Assembly (NCBI GenBank): GCA_030704615.1
Contig: CM060732.1
Coordinates: 41,292,001 to 41,356,000, forward strand
Reading direction: 5' to 3'
From: Takakia lepidozioides
Taxonomy: Eukaryota > Plantae > Bryophyta
DNA: 64,000 bases
The notes under the pieces: model-generated
The model's database searches: none
What the model was told of the DNA's origin: nothing
What the model saw: only the letters and a program-made list of their open reading frames with translations
In this document: positions 1-12,924 of the stretch, in pieces
Position numbering within the stretch: the stretch's first letter is position 1
How the letters are laid out: each line of letters starts with the position of its first letter
Translations under genes and position numbers: made by a program

Positions 1-1499
1 GTTTGTAATAAGATCAAAATTTCATTGAACAAAAATCAATACAAATTATATGCGTGCGGAAATAACTTCCTACAAATCGAAATCTATTTGCGAGAGCTCC
101 ATGTAACTTAGAAGGCCCTTGCATGGACTCCACAATGTCATCATCTTAGGGTTTCAAAGGAAATGAAAGGTAGCTGGTCCAGCCTGGAAGGGCCCATGGG
201 CATTGGGTGTCTATTTTGTAATTTTATTCTTAAGAAAATAAATGTTTTCTCTTCTCATGTGCCTAATTGTAAAAAATTATAGCATGAAGATGCCTAATGT
301 GAGAAATGGTTTTCAAAACGTGCCTAATTTGCTGATTGATTGAATTTATTATTAGGCGCAAAAATGCCTAAACGGTTGTGCAGGACAGTACATTGCATTT
401 TTAGCATTGTGCCAATCTTTCTTATTTACAGAATAATTTGGGTTTGTTGTTTAGAATAGAAGGGTCCCAATGTTTTCAATCAAGTTTGGAAAGTCCTCAA
501 AAAGAAATTGATTGATTCCATCCATGTAAATACTCCCCTCGAATAGGATTTGATGTAGTAATCCATTATTTATGAAGGCTTATGCAAAGGGCCACCCCAT
601 TCCATGCAAGAAACCCCAATCCACTTTGCCCTTCTTGTGCTCATCTCTCTCACTTGCCAAACAACCGTTTGCATCGGAGTAGACACTCTGGCAAAGCAGA
701 CCTTATTGTAGATGTTGCATGTTGTAGCTTTAGATTTTGTTGAGAATCCATCGAAAACTCCGTGTTGAAGTAAAACCATGAGGCCATGGCCGCTCAGGCA
801 TTTAGGGGTTAAAATATGATCTAGAACAATATCAAATGAGCCCACAAAACCCATATTCTCATTAGTGCACAATTGATTTCGTCTGTTACAATCTCTCTTA
901 TTACGGATTCCATCCCTATGTTGAGTAATTCATCCATATGGAAACTATGTACTTTCATCCAACCATCCTCACGACAATATGGCACACAAAAGACTAATGT
1001 AAGAGAACATGAAATTTCACGTTCCTGGGTCATGTCCTTGATTTCTGTCCCTAATAAAAGTTTAATATATTTTTGTTTGACTATATAAAATGACATGCTT
1101 TCTGCGGCACAAAAAAAAAGAAAAAAATATAGAAGGACGGATGGATTAGATATAAATGGGTGTGCTGATGACTACGTGGATATGCGAAGCATATGCTTGG
1201 AAGAATGATTGAATATGAATGCCATTATGAAGGAGGACTATCCAAATTTGATAATAACCTTGATGGAATGGATTTGTGGATATGCTACCAGTTGGCAGTA
1301 GAGGGCCCACTGTCATTGACCCCCAATTTATGCAAATCCAGTTCTATGACCCATCTGACTGAACAGTTTAATTATCGCAATGACTAAAATAATCATATGA
1401 ATAAGAATAAAGAGCTAAAGTTATTAAGAAGAAGTTGTCATTTTTTCCCTTTCTTGGGAAAATAGGATGGACCCGGTAAATGCATTGAGAAGGTGCTTA

Positions 1500-1827
1500 G
1501 AGCATCTCCACCGGGGGTACACCAAACAACCCTGCAACGGTAACCTCCTGAGGCCTCCAACACTCCCCTCCCCCAGCGGCAACCCCATCAAACTGCCCTG
1601 CACATGTCTTTTCGGCTGACGTGCCTTGCTCCAGAGGGACCACTTGGACTGACGCCGCCTTACCCTCACGCCATAAATGCACGCAATCATGTTTTTAGTC
1701 GCTCCATTAGATACCGGCCGGGTCCGGCGGGCCTATATCCTGCAAGAAAGTACGGGGCACGGATACCAAGGCCGGGGGGCTCCTTTGCCTCTGCCGGGGA
1801 ATTTAGAGACCCCCAATGGAGATACTC
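1500..1827. mobile_element. PIF/Harbinger (Tourist-like) MITE, 328 bp
   Basis: Left end GAGCATCTCCACCGGGGGT matches the reverse complement of the right end, GAGTATCTCCATTGGGGGT. TTA target duplication at 1497-1499 and 1828-1830. Confidence 0.88.
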
Positions 1828-2404
1828 TTACATAATGCCGTAAAAGCTTACAAAGGTGAACCATGCTTCGCAGAGGAGAGGTTGGGTAGCATGTGAGCAC
1901 GAGGGCGAACTCCCCCCGTACATGGAGAATATTCTACAGCAAAACAATAATTTTGAGAAACTCATAAACCTCTCATAAACATGCGAAACTATTTCTAGTG
2001 TATGTTCACTTGAGCACTAGTTACAACACATAAAGAATAAGCCTCAAACAACAATTGGCTGTCTTGCTTTGCTTTGGCACAACATAAGAGGAAAGGCAAG
2101 ACTACGGAGCATGACTCAACACACCAATCAACGCCTTGGTCCATGGTGTAAGGTACTTTGACCACATTTTCTCCATTGACTTGCATCTCTCCGCAAAGTC
2201 TCTCTCTACAAGAGAGCCAAACATGTTACCCTATAAGGCGTGGATTTTTCTCACGTTGTGCTCACACAATACCGTACCCTTTTCATAATAGGTGCGAGAG
2301 TGGGCGGTGAGACTTCATGTCACATTAAGGTCCTCGCACCGGTATCAACATTGGTTGCACGGCTAAACTCTTGGCCCTTGAAACTACTTTTGCATTATAT
2401 CGAC

Positions 2405-2650
2405 AACCAAGTTGTAGCTCAATGGTAATTGGCACATACCAACTGGGAAGTGATTTGGGTTCAATCCACCCTTGGTGTCACAAAGGTGTCCACCTTCCTA
2501 GCGGAAGGCAGTAATCCTTCGGGGTGAAGAGACATCATGGTTAATTTTTTCATGAATTTAAAAGGGCCTCCGTCCCCTTATTAATTTTTTCTTAAAAAAA
2601 GGCACCATAATGACACCATAATTTACGCTTCCTTCGGGAGGCGGCGTCAA
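2405..2650 (+). mobile_element. tRNA-derived SINE (family A) with structured 3' tail shared with the Dualen-like LINE
   Basis: Pol III A-box TAGCTCAATGG (~2415) and B-box GGGTTCAATCC (~2457). The head matches the minus-strand copy at 4869-5012. The tail ...ATAATTTACGCTTCCTTCGGGAGGCG recurs reversed at ~3790, ~22600 and ~22890. A ~70 bp A-tailed insertion interrupts it at ~2537-2610. Confidence 0.75.
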
Positions 2651-3298
2651 ATATTACAATATTAATTGCATATATGTGGAGAGATCTCCATTTGCCATAG
2701 AAATATATCGGAACATATATCATCAATCTTATTCTCTCTCATGATAGTGAACATAAATATCAAAACAGGTTTATTATGCTAAGACTACCCCTTATTTTGG
2801 GCATTGACAACCTAATTTTGGATGTGGGATTCTTGGGTGTTGGGATTTTCGTATAGAAAGTTTGGATTCAAGCTATATCACTAAGGGTTTTTTAGTGCGA
2901 AACCCACCGCTGCTTAGGTTTGTGGGCATATCACCAAATGTTTCTCAATGCAAACCCCTCCCCCCCCCCCCCTTGGCCACCGCCGTCGCTGTAGGTTCAG
3001 GGTTGCTGACCATACTACTCAAGATTTGGCCTTGGGAAACCCTGGTTGAATTAAAGTTTATATATGGTGTCGTTTGTTCTTCGTTGAAGGTGAGCCACAA
3101 TAAAATTTGATTATTTAAGTATTTAATATGTTCTGATTTACAAGTGATTATTTGGAGTGTATTTCAATGTTCAAGTTAAAAAAAAATGTTTATGAGTGTA
3201 TAGATATGTCACATGTAACTCATATGGAGGTTAAAAACATAAAACCCCCATGACCGTGGGTTGTGCTCACACAATAAGGGCCCAGGTTTGAAAGGGGG

Positions 3299-3658
3299 TG
3301 TGGGGATTAGAGAGTGGTCCAAGAATTAACTAGGGCCCACAGGAACGGAAAAGCCTGTATTAAGGGTAAGAAGAGGCCTCCGAGAGGGCCCAGAAAACTG
3401 CGGACCCCGTCCCAAGGACATTAATACATGGATGGTGCGGCAGTGGGACCAGCAGCCGAATGTTGAAGTGTAGGTGGCGGACGTAACCTTCTAGAAGGGT
3501 ACAAGCCGAGGGCTCCGCGGGCTTCTAGAAGGGTGTGAGGGTATATAAAGAGAGGGGGCTCTCTTTCCCTCTCACTTACTACTTACTCACTTACTAGTTA
3601 CTAGTACCTAGGGGCTAGCAAAAAAAAAAAAACAAAAAACAAAACACAAACCATGACA
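3299..3658 (+). mobile_element. Short LTR (TG...CA) preceded by a polypurine tract; remnant of a Copia-like or TRIM element
   Basis: GTTTGAAAGGGGG|TGTGGGGATTAG start and ...CCATGACA end. TATATAAA at 3542. Homologous to 12557-12924, including ~25 bp of upstream sequence. No TSD found. Confidence 0.6.
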
Positions 3659-3789
3659 TAATAAATTAATAGAAGTAGAGCAAAAGATGAAATAAGCCCC
3701 CCACAAAGCAAAACGTAAGCAAGAGAGAAACAGCCTGCAGCATTGAAGAACCGAACCCAAGATCTCGCAATAATCATAATAATAATTTT

Positions 3790-3855
3790 ATGACACCGCC
3801 CCAAGGCAGCTTAAAATTATGGTGTCACTTGACCCCAAAGGACTACTCCCTTTTT
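3790..3855 (-). repeat. 3' tail fragment of SINE family A
   Basis: Reverse complement reads GGGAGTAGTCCTTTGGGGTCAAGTGACACCATAATTTTAAGCTGCCTTGGGGCGGTGTCA, a diverged match to 2503-2650. Confidence 0.6.
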
Positions 3856-4267
3856 GCAACATCTGCACTGAGCCTCTATGTGATTCCCGGCGGACAAGTT
3901 GGTCATTAGATCTAAGTATAGTCTGAATAATATTAGGTAGTCTTTTGTTTTTGAAAAGGAAACCTGGGAAGGCCACATGGCATTCTTATAAGGGATTTAA
4001 TTTTTTTTCCTCCAATAACATAAAATAAAGCTTTAAAAAAAATAAAGCTTCCAAGGGCTTCCTCCCCTTTCCCCCCCAAAAAAGAACGTGGGAGCGACAG
4101 CCCACAATGGAGTCTATTATTACACACTGTGAACAAAGATGCCACACACTGACACAGCCTTGTTGTGATATATGGAATGTTTGCCTGCTAAGTAACTAAT
4201 AAGAGAATCTTTAAGTATTTCTTATTCCATTTTTAAAGGAAAACCTGGCCGGACAACATTATATGTA

Positions 4268-4397
4268 GAGGACCACCAGTCGGTGGATAGGGTACTGATT
4301 GCCACCCAGGCGATCCTTGGTTCAAATCCTGCTACCTGGTTGGCTGGGGTGATGATCTTCTCCCCCTTGCCGCGGTTACTCTGCAAGAGGTTATTTT
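4268..4397 (+). mobile_element. Probable tRNA-derived SINE head (second family), interrupted by the hAT MITE
   Basis: Perfect B-box GGTTCAAATCC at ~4319 with a weak A-box upstream. No full tRNA cloverleaf. Confidence 0.4.
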
Positions 4398-5283
4398 CAG
4401 TGTTGTGCGGGTTCTGCCTTTTTAAGGAACCCGCGGGGTCTGGGTGCGGGTTTTTTTTCGGAGCCAAGTCCGGGTCCGGATCCAGGTTTTTGAAATTTGG
4501 AAAATCCGGGTCCGGGTTTGTCAACACGGACTGGGGTTAGGGTCCGGGTAGTTGGGGTCCGGGTAGTTGTTGGGAAATATTAGCGGGTTCATGGGTTCAG
4601 TTCCGGGTCCTAATTTATTGATTAAATAAATTAGAAAAAATTAATTAGAGATAAAATTATTTTGGTTGGAAAAACTTTAAATCTTAATAATGAATTTTAT
4701 TTTAAGAGACATTCATTCAAAATATACCATGAATATGAATATGTATACCATGAATAAGAATTAAAATAGAAGTTTGAGTTCCATTTTCTATTTTTCAATA
4801 TCAATTCTTTAAACACGTTAAGAATAGTAATATGCCTCACTATAGCATGGATGTGTGGGATCTGGCCGAATAATAATATATGACGTGCCCTTTGGGAGGT
4901 GTAAATTATGGTCCCATAGGGCACAACTTTGTGACACCACTCCGTGGATTGAACCCACAACTGCTTTTGAGGTGGTATGTGGGCATTACCACTTGGCTAC
5001 AACGTGGGTGGGGCAGGCTGCTGCAGTGGCCTATTGCTGCTGGTCCCCTCCACACATATGACAAAACCTACCAGTTCTGACCCCCATGCCCCATCTCAAA
5101 TTAAGACCTGGACCCTGACCCGCTACATTGGCCCGCGGGTAGCGGGTGTAACGGGTTCTGGACCCAGCAGGCGGGTTTTTTGTGATAGAACGGGTCCGGG
5201 TGCAGGTTCGGGTAAAGGTTCGGGTAACCTGGATCCTAACCCGCCCGGTACCGGGCTTCAAAACCCGGACTCGCACAACACTG
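4398..5283. mobile_element. Non-autonomous hAT element (886 bp) with many subterminal CGGGT motifs
   Basis: TIR CAGTGTTGTGCG(G/A)GT at both ends. Perfect 8-bp TSD GTTATTTT at 4390-4397 and 5284-5291. Confidence 0.92.
4869..5012 (-). mobile_element. tRNA-derived SINE (family A) nested inside the hAT element
   Basis: Reverse strand shows A-box TAGCCAAGTGG (4989-4999), B-box GGGTTCAATCC (4946-4956), then GGTGTCACAAAG as in the copy at 2405. Ends ...ACCATAATTTAC...CGTCA followed by an AT-rich tail. Confidence 0.75.
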
Positions 5284-6590
5284 GTTATTTTCTCCTCTCA
5301 CTATAATTAAAGGCCCTGATTTGTCAGCAGTCGTTCCCTCCCGAATTTCCTCTTTTTTTTAAAGAAAAAATTCCCTTTAAGGAAGAAAGAAAAAATAAAA
5401 GGGACTCATGGAGGGAAAATTCATATGAGCACCACGCCGGACAAGTTTGAACCCAGATTTACCTGGGCGGCACATATTATTATATATATATTAATTATTT
5501 GGCTGAGAATAAGTTGGATGACAAATGGTGGATGATGAACGGAGCACACATTGTGATGGCCGTCGTCGGCCGGCGAGGGCAAAAGAAAAGGGAATATGTT
5601 AAGTAGAACCAGAAAACGAAAAGAACAAAAGTAAAAAACAAAAGAGGAGAGTCTGGCGTGGTGGTGGGGTAAGTAGCTTGGAGACGAAGCAGAGGACCAC
5701 GAAGAAGAAGAAGAAGAAGAAGGAGGGAGGTGGAGAATGGGACAAGCGTGTGTGGAAGCGGGGTTGTTGGTGGCCGCAACTGCAGCAGTCAACTCTGGGA
5801 CGCTGAGGATGCTTGGGATATTCCCGATGACGGTCAGAGGCAAGTTTTTCCATCCAATGAAGAAGCTTGATCTGGGATCCAGTCTGATGTTGTGGAGGTT
5901 CCGAGGAGATGCTTGATGATTGGGGCTCGGATATCCACAGGTGGCGTGCTGAAGAGCTGAGGGGGTGCGGAATTTGGGGAACCCAACTTTGAAGTACCGA
6001 CCGCTGCCGCTGAGCTCACAGGAATAAATCTTTGGAGGCCGTTTTGCTGGCCACACTTCATCAATGGCTTCGCTTCTCGTTGATCAACGGTAACAATCTG
6101 CCTTGCGTGACTGTTTGTCTTTGTACAGAGACTGTGGGTCTGTTCTCTTGATGCCTTGGGTGATTGTTTGTCCGGTGCGTTCACAGAGATGCAGGTATGA
6201 TAGTGTGAGTCTATTCTCTTCTTCAGTAATGTCCTTTTCCTTCACGTCCTGTCTGCATTGGGCGATTGTTTTGGCATGCATACCCTCCAATTGCATCGGT
6301 CCATATGTGATGCCCACCATCCTGGATTTCAATATTTGTCAATTCAATTTGGCGCCTGGGCAGTGCCTTTGCTGGGGTTAACATCGGGACGTGGCCATCT
6401 ACGGGAACAGCCTCTTGATTTTATCTACCGATGGATGACTTTGTCCGGTGAGCAAGGCATAAATTAGTTCAGCCCCCGCCAGGCTCTCATTCCGGACACT
6501 TCCAGAGGTGCAGTCTGTGCCCTCCACGAACTGACGAGATACACTTACTGTTGGCATGCATATGGTATTAGGAAGGGCCAGACCAGGGGG

Positions 6591-9500
6591 ATGGCTAGTT
6601 GGATGGGGCTGGTCCTGCTCCTACTGCTTGCGGCCTCTGGATTGGGGGAGGCTGGATACACCAGCAGGTACGTGCGTAGGCTGCAGGAAAGTATCGACTT
6701 GCCCCTGGACAGCCCTCACTTTGCTGCTCCCCAAGGCGACAATGCTCCCCAGCAGGTGGGTCAATCGTTCACCCTCTCTTCCATATAGAGAGCAAAGCTC
6801 TTGCCCTTACCCATGAATACCCTTGGACATTCGAGATTTTGAGTATGTTTGGGTGATGGGTAGGAATTAAGATCATCTCAATAATAGATCAATCTGGTTT
6901 TGTGGGTAGTCAGTAGAGCGATCCAGCAGAAACTGAAATGGGAAGCCTAAACAGTCTAGGACAAGCTCCTTCCAGCAAATAGGAGGTGGAAGGATGCCCT
7001 GGCTCCTCAATTCTGCACCTGAGTTTGGGCAGCAGGTGACAAAAAGCATTTGTTTTTAGCTGATGGTGATTGGGTTTGATTCAGATTGAATGAGCAGATT
7101 GGTGAGTCAAGAAAGACAGGTCTTAACTTGCTGTTTTCACTGTTGTAACATTAGGCATTTCCATGGCTATGGATGTCGATTAGGGAGCCAGACTAGGTCA
7201 GCTCAAATTCTGACAACATTTGCAAATGTGTTTGTTTACACAGGTGCATCTTACTCAAGGAGATTATGATGGGCTTGCTGTCATCGTGTCCTGGATCACA
7301 CCCAAGATGTCAGATCCTGTAGTACTTTATGGCACTAAGAATGGCTCCTACCCATATGAGGCCCTGGGTGTGGTGACCCGATACAGATTCTACAACTACA
7401 CCTCTGGCTTCATCCACCATGCAACTATTCACAGTTTGAAGGTCCGCTCTTATACTGCTGTAGCAGTGTTGGGTTTAGAATGCATCAGAAATTGTTTTGC
7501 TTATTCAAATGCATGTTAGGCCATGAGCCCACTGGTAAAATCACCAGGTTCTGTGTGTGGAGGGTAACCAAGAGTTTTATGAATTTCCCTGAGGCATTGC
7601 AGTTGTCTTGCTTTGAGCTTCCATGCCACTTGAGGCACTTAATGAGGCTAATGCCTGAGAGTGCTCTACCTTTTGTTGCTGGTACAGCATGAAACACAGT
7701 ACTTTTACAAGCTTGGGTTAGGGAGCTCCGCTCGTGAGTTCTGGTTTGTGACTCCACCAAAAGTTGGTCCAAATGCTGCCTACACTTTTGGTCTTATTGG
7801 TCAGCTTCCAACCCTCTCTGAATTTCAAAGTGAAAGTGTGTGTGTGAGAGAATGTACTCATAAGACGTTGTTTTCCGTAGCCTTGTGGCCGTTGACCCGC
7901 GCCCAGTTTGAGTGGAACAGAAAGGCACAGAAACTACCTTTGTCAGGTGCTGACACCGGTAGGATGACTTAACCTTGGAACAGACAATTGATCCAAGTTT
8001 TCCAGATATCCTCTAGAAATCCCTTTCCACAAGCATCAATCTGCTGCTGCTGCTGCGAGAGACTCTAGCGTAGACAGTCTTGAAAATTGTAGTAGGACTT
8101 GTCTTCATGGCATGGGAAGGGGCAACCCTTGATTGTGAAGTGCCTCAAAGATAATTGACTTGGCCCTGTTTTGCTACTGTTGGGTGAACTTACTGCTGAC
8201 TTAGCTAAGCAGCCAATATCAACTCCAGGCCTGAATAAAGATACGTTGATCATAGTTGGGTGATATATGGCAGGGGACCTGGGCCAGACATACGATTCAG
8301 CAGCTACACTGGAACATTACATGCAGAGCAAGGCCCATACACTATTGATGGTGGGAGATCTGTCCTACGCGGATGACTACCCTTTTGACGACAATGTGCG
8401 CTGGGACACTTGGGGGCGCTTAGTTGAGCGCAGCACAGCCTATCAGCCCTGGATCTGGACTGCTGGCAACCACGAACTTGAATTCCGGCCAGAGTTGGTA
8501 GGTGGTGACTTACATTTGCATAGTTTAGTTTGAAAGGCCCTTGGCTGATTACCTCACATGGTTTAAGGTATAAAACTGTACAGTTCATTGCTCCATGTGC
8601 TTGCTGAAAAGTTAAGACTGTTGGGGTTTTTCCCACCAGTATTATCTGGGATGGGTAGGTGTAGCACCAGGTCCATGGATCATGAGGGCAGAGAAGTCGC
8701 TGTTGTCTTCATAGGTCCCCTTATAACAAATTGGGGAGTGAGGAGGAAGGGCGGGGTGGGGGGGGGGCATGCGGGGTTGTCTATCAGCTTTGTGGATATT
8801 TGCTGGATCAGGTTGGAGGGACCACAGATTGACAGAGAAGGGCAAGATGAGGGGCTTGAAGAGGGTGTTTGGTCTTGCAGGGTGAAGATGTGCCATTCAA
8901 GCCTTTTACGCATCGTTTTCACACTCCCTACAAATCGTCCAAGAGTACATCACCACTTTTTTACTCAATCAGGCGGGGACCGGCTCATATAATTGTCCTG
9001 TCTTCTTATGCAGCATATGGTGAGTTCTTAGTGGCCTCCTCAGGGTTGCGAACACATACTCTCTTGGTAATTGTCTCCTGGTTGGTTTGGGTTTGATCTT
9101 GTAGGCCAACCACTCTGTGAGTCAAACCAGGTTGTCTATTTGACTTCAGTTGGGTTCAAACCATGACTGCTCCTTCGGTTGACCTTGCCTCCAAAGTGCT
9201 TCCTGGTGGTTATTAAACCATTTTGGTGAAAGGATATGCTCACACAATATCTGGCTTAACTGGTGAAGTTAAGCAAAATTATTGACAAGCCTGTTCAGTT
9301 CTAGTAGATGCATATATTTCTCTATGTAAACTGCTCGTCCTACTCTCCAGTTTTCTCCCTCAAGGGATCTGGGTAATGTAATGATACAGGCAAATACACA
9401 CCACAATATGTGTGGCTACAAGCTGAGTTGCAGAGGGTTGATAGGAAAGCTACTCCATGGCTTATTGTGCTGTTGCACTCACCATGGTACAACAGCAACA

Positions 9501-10418
9501 CTTACCACTATATGGAAGGCGAGACCATGCGTGTTCAATTTGAATCCTGGCTAGTGCAAGCCCAAGTTGACGTTGTGTTTGCGGGCCATGTGCATTCATA
9601 TGAACGAAGTGTAAGTCACTCTGCCTTTGAGCGTCATCATTCAATGAGTTGTTATGCTATGCAAAACAGAAGTCTGGATTCAAATCTGGAATGCCTTTGG
9701 CGCAAGTTCAGGTTTTTTTATGGCCCCTTTGCTTGAATAGTTTGGCAGTATTGAAGAAGCGAAAGAATGTCTTCTTGTCAGAAAAGTATCATTGTATCCA
9801 AAATTTCATCTACATACACTGCCTGAAGAGACAGTAATGCACCAAACCAGGGGAGTATGGTTTCAGATAAGGTGAAATGGAATGTCTAATGGTTTGGTGT
9901 GGGTTTGGTGCAGCATCCAGTCTCGAACATTGTTTACAACATCACAAATGGCATTTGTACACCTCAACTGAACCCTAAAGCCCCTGTTTACATAACAATT
10001 GGAGATGGTGGCAATATTGAAGGCCTTGCCGGATTGTAAGCTTCTTTCTAAGCTTTCTTTCAAAGTAGTGACCAGATGGTACCTCAAGGAAATGTTCAGG
10101 GTGCGGGAGGCCCATTGAGCTACACTTGAGGAATTTTCCATAAATGTTTGCTTTCTCATTTTCTTCATGTACATTGCCAGGAAATCCTCGTGGATTTGCA
10201 TGTGTGTAATATGCTGACAAGGGAATGGGTGGTGGTTGTGGTGTAGATTTACGGAGCCGCAGCCACAATACTCAGCCTTCCGGGAAGCTAGCTTTGGGCA
10301 TGGTATCTTTGACATCCTGAACCGTACCCATGCTTTGTGGACCTGGCACCGAAATCAGGACGGGGAAGCTGTCCATGCAGACTCATACACATTTCAGAAT
10401 AAGGTCTGGTCCAAATGA
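6591..10418 (+). CDS. PAP: Purple acid phosphatase (secreted, high-molecular-weight plant type), 8 exons
   Basis: Exons 6591-6755, 7244-7441, 7688-7799, 8274-8497, 8881-9019, 9390-9610, 9914-10035, 10247-10418, all GT-AG with compatible phases. Signal peptide plus metal-ligand motifs GDLG, GDLSYAD, GNHE, VLLH, GHVH. Confidence 0.96.
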
Positions 10419-12556
10419 GCAAATTTCTGGCTGAGGAGAATACAAATGTTTCTCACATACAATCTGAATTAGGCTGCTGCAATCTGTACATATGAGAGGA
10501 TTGAACTGTTCATATTTTCAGAATGTATCATGGCCGTGAGCAGTTCGCTTGGCTGAAGATCTCAATTCAATGCCATGAAGATAATTTAAACCAAAAGTGA
10601 TGTAAAGTGGTTTGTGGGGAGATGAGCTGGTGATCACTTATGTGAGGTGTAGTATGGACTTACATGTTCTGTTAGTTCTGTGAAATGACCTGTGTACAAA
10701 CTTTAATGCCATGCCTCCTCACACTAGAGCACATTCAGATTGATGAAGTGTACCAATTCTTTGTTCAAGCTTCTGAATTGTTGAATCCCTTACATGCAAA
10801 GGAGGCAGGATTGCTTCCGAGAGATCTCTTGAATATTCAAGAACGTTCAAGGAACAAGTCTTGTTTTAGGAAATAAAGATAAAAATTAATGATGGAAGGA
10901 TAGGGTGGATTCCCTTCCCTTTATATTTTGCAGAGTGGACTGATCCACTGTGGATAAGTTGAGAGAACAATTTCATATCTGGACACTTCAGTTTCGAGCT
11001 GCTTCGGGACATATGCAAGATCATTCCTGTTTTATTGCTAGCATCTCTTGCTCTTAGCTTCTTCCTTGCTTAGCTTAGCAGGCTTTTTTAGGCGGTAGCT
11101 CCTTTGATCTTGTGTTTACATGCTGCTTGCTTTGCGGGGTTCTAATCATTGACAAGGTTCTCAGCTAGCCTTCACACCTGTTGTTGACCTCAGCCTCTGC
11201 TTCAGGGCTGTGTCCTCATTCTCAGATGTACCTTCATTTCCCCAGGGTTATCTTTCCTTGGCTATCTTCTAATGTGAATTACAGGTCTCCACACCTTTTT
11301 CAAATTTATAAAACAGGAATTGATCTTGTTTTGCAATACAATTGACTGCCCCGTGCATTTGTGTGGATGTAGATGTGAGTGTGACAGGGTTTTACAAATC
11401 AGGATACTGATAAATTTCACATGATAAACCCCAACTTTCCATTCTCCAAGTCAGGAACTTGGGGACCCCGCCGACTTCTCACCTTCGCCCTTGGGCAAAC
11501 TGGCCAGATGACTACACACTGCAGGACAACCCATTCCAGCCCAAGCGGGTCCATACAAATGAAGCTGCTGTACTCACTAAAACCAAATAACATAGAGACA
11601 TGTTGTGCTTGTCCTTGGAAATTTTGAAAGACCTGAGAATCCCACGAGCTCATAAACAATGTGGAAGTGTAATGCTACTATACTAAACTCTAACGGCGAA
11701 TTTTTGTCGTTTTAACCCAATGTAAAAGTGATAAGATGCCCCACATCTGGGGCATCTCAACACACTTGGAAGTGCTTGAATTCATGGAGTCCACACAAAG
11801 TTGTGGGGTTTCAAAGTTGAACCAATCTGAATGCTTGTGTGAACCTTGAGCCCTATGACCAATCACATTCTTTGGGGGTTCTATCAAACAACTGTTTGCA
11901 GAGTGGCAAAAATGAGCAATCTTGGGCCCTCATAGGGCCTGACCCAAGCAGTTATTAGGTGACCGGACATAGGCACTATAACGGTCATCGGCCTATTTAC
12001 CCTATTGTAGGCCTGAACTGATGAATGCTTTCTATTGGTGGTGGATGGCACCTGTGAAAGGTGGTTTGGAGTGACATGATTGGAGTTTTGAAGGTCCAAT
12101 TAATTTTTGGAGAGGCCAACATGAAAAAATGTGAGAATTCTCAAGGGGATATCTTACATATTCCAAGAATATACCCTGTCCCTCCCCTCTTAGTTACTGC
12201 AGCCCGGCTGCCGTCTTCTCTCTCCTACAATGTGTAATGGCATAAATAAATTGTGCTCACATTAAAAAAATTGCAAATTTTGGACATCTCAAATTTTGGA
12301 CTCTTTCAGTGCTGAATCAATGGTAAAACAATTGCATCGCTCTTCAGAATATCACACATTGTTGTCTAGCACTAGTAACCATCGTATCAAACATTGTATC
12401 AGTAGGTGAGGTGTTCATTATGTTTTTTTTCTTGAATTGTTTTTACGTATTTAAACGATGACCAATACTAAATATTCACAAACAATGTGTTAGTAGTTAG
12501 TACCTTTAATCAATATTGAAGTCCAGAACAATAAGGGGCCCAGGTTTGAACGGGGG

Positions 12557-12924
12557 TGTGGGGATTAGAGAGTGGTCCAGGAATTATGAAGCGGGAGTTA
12601 TAGTAAGCTACATCAGGAGTTCAATTAATAACTGTCATGTAAGGGGGGGGGGGGGAGGCAGGAAGGTAAGTCCTATTAAATAGGGGATGGTTCATGGTTA
12701 GATTGGGGTAAGCAGGCGCAGTGGTTTCTAGGAGTGACGTGTGTCAAGGCAGCCTTCTAGAAGGTCCAACGCGGCGGCCTTCTAGAAGGGTCCCACTGCC
12801 CCCCTAGGGTATATAAAGAGAGCCTGGCTCTCTCCCGTGCATCTTACTATATATTCTCACTACTTATTAGTACCTAGGGGCCTCTGCACAGGCAGGGCCC
12901 CAAAAAATAATGCAAACCATGACA
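12557..12924 (+). mobile_element. Second copy of the short LTR with polypurine tract
   Basis: GTTTGAACGGGGG|TGTGGGGATTAG ... CCATGACA. Homologous to 3299-3658. TATATAAA at 12810. Confidence 0.6.
12755..12817 (+). promoter_or_regulatory. TATA promoter with two upstream heat-shock-element cores (TTCTAGAA)
   Basis: TTCTAGAA at 12755 and 12780, TATATAAA at 12810. The same arrangement is kept in the other LTR copy (3489, 3523, TATA 3542) although the spacers differ. Confidence 0.55.

Noticed and set aside
450-1100. Short minus-strand ORFs that might be a transposase relic
   Set aside because: No recognisable motif and no termini found, so a call cannot be supported.
2405-2475. tRNA gene
   Set aside because: A and B boxes are present but there is no complete cloverleaf, and the sequence continues into a repeated tail, so it is a SINE head.
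5421-6467. ORFs of 80-211 aa upstream of PAP
   Set aside because: Low-complexity translations of a GAA-rich leader or intron region with no domain signal.
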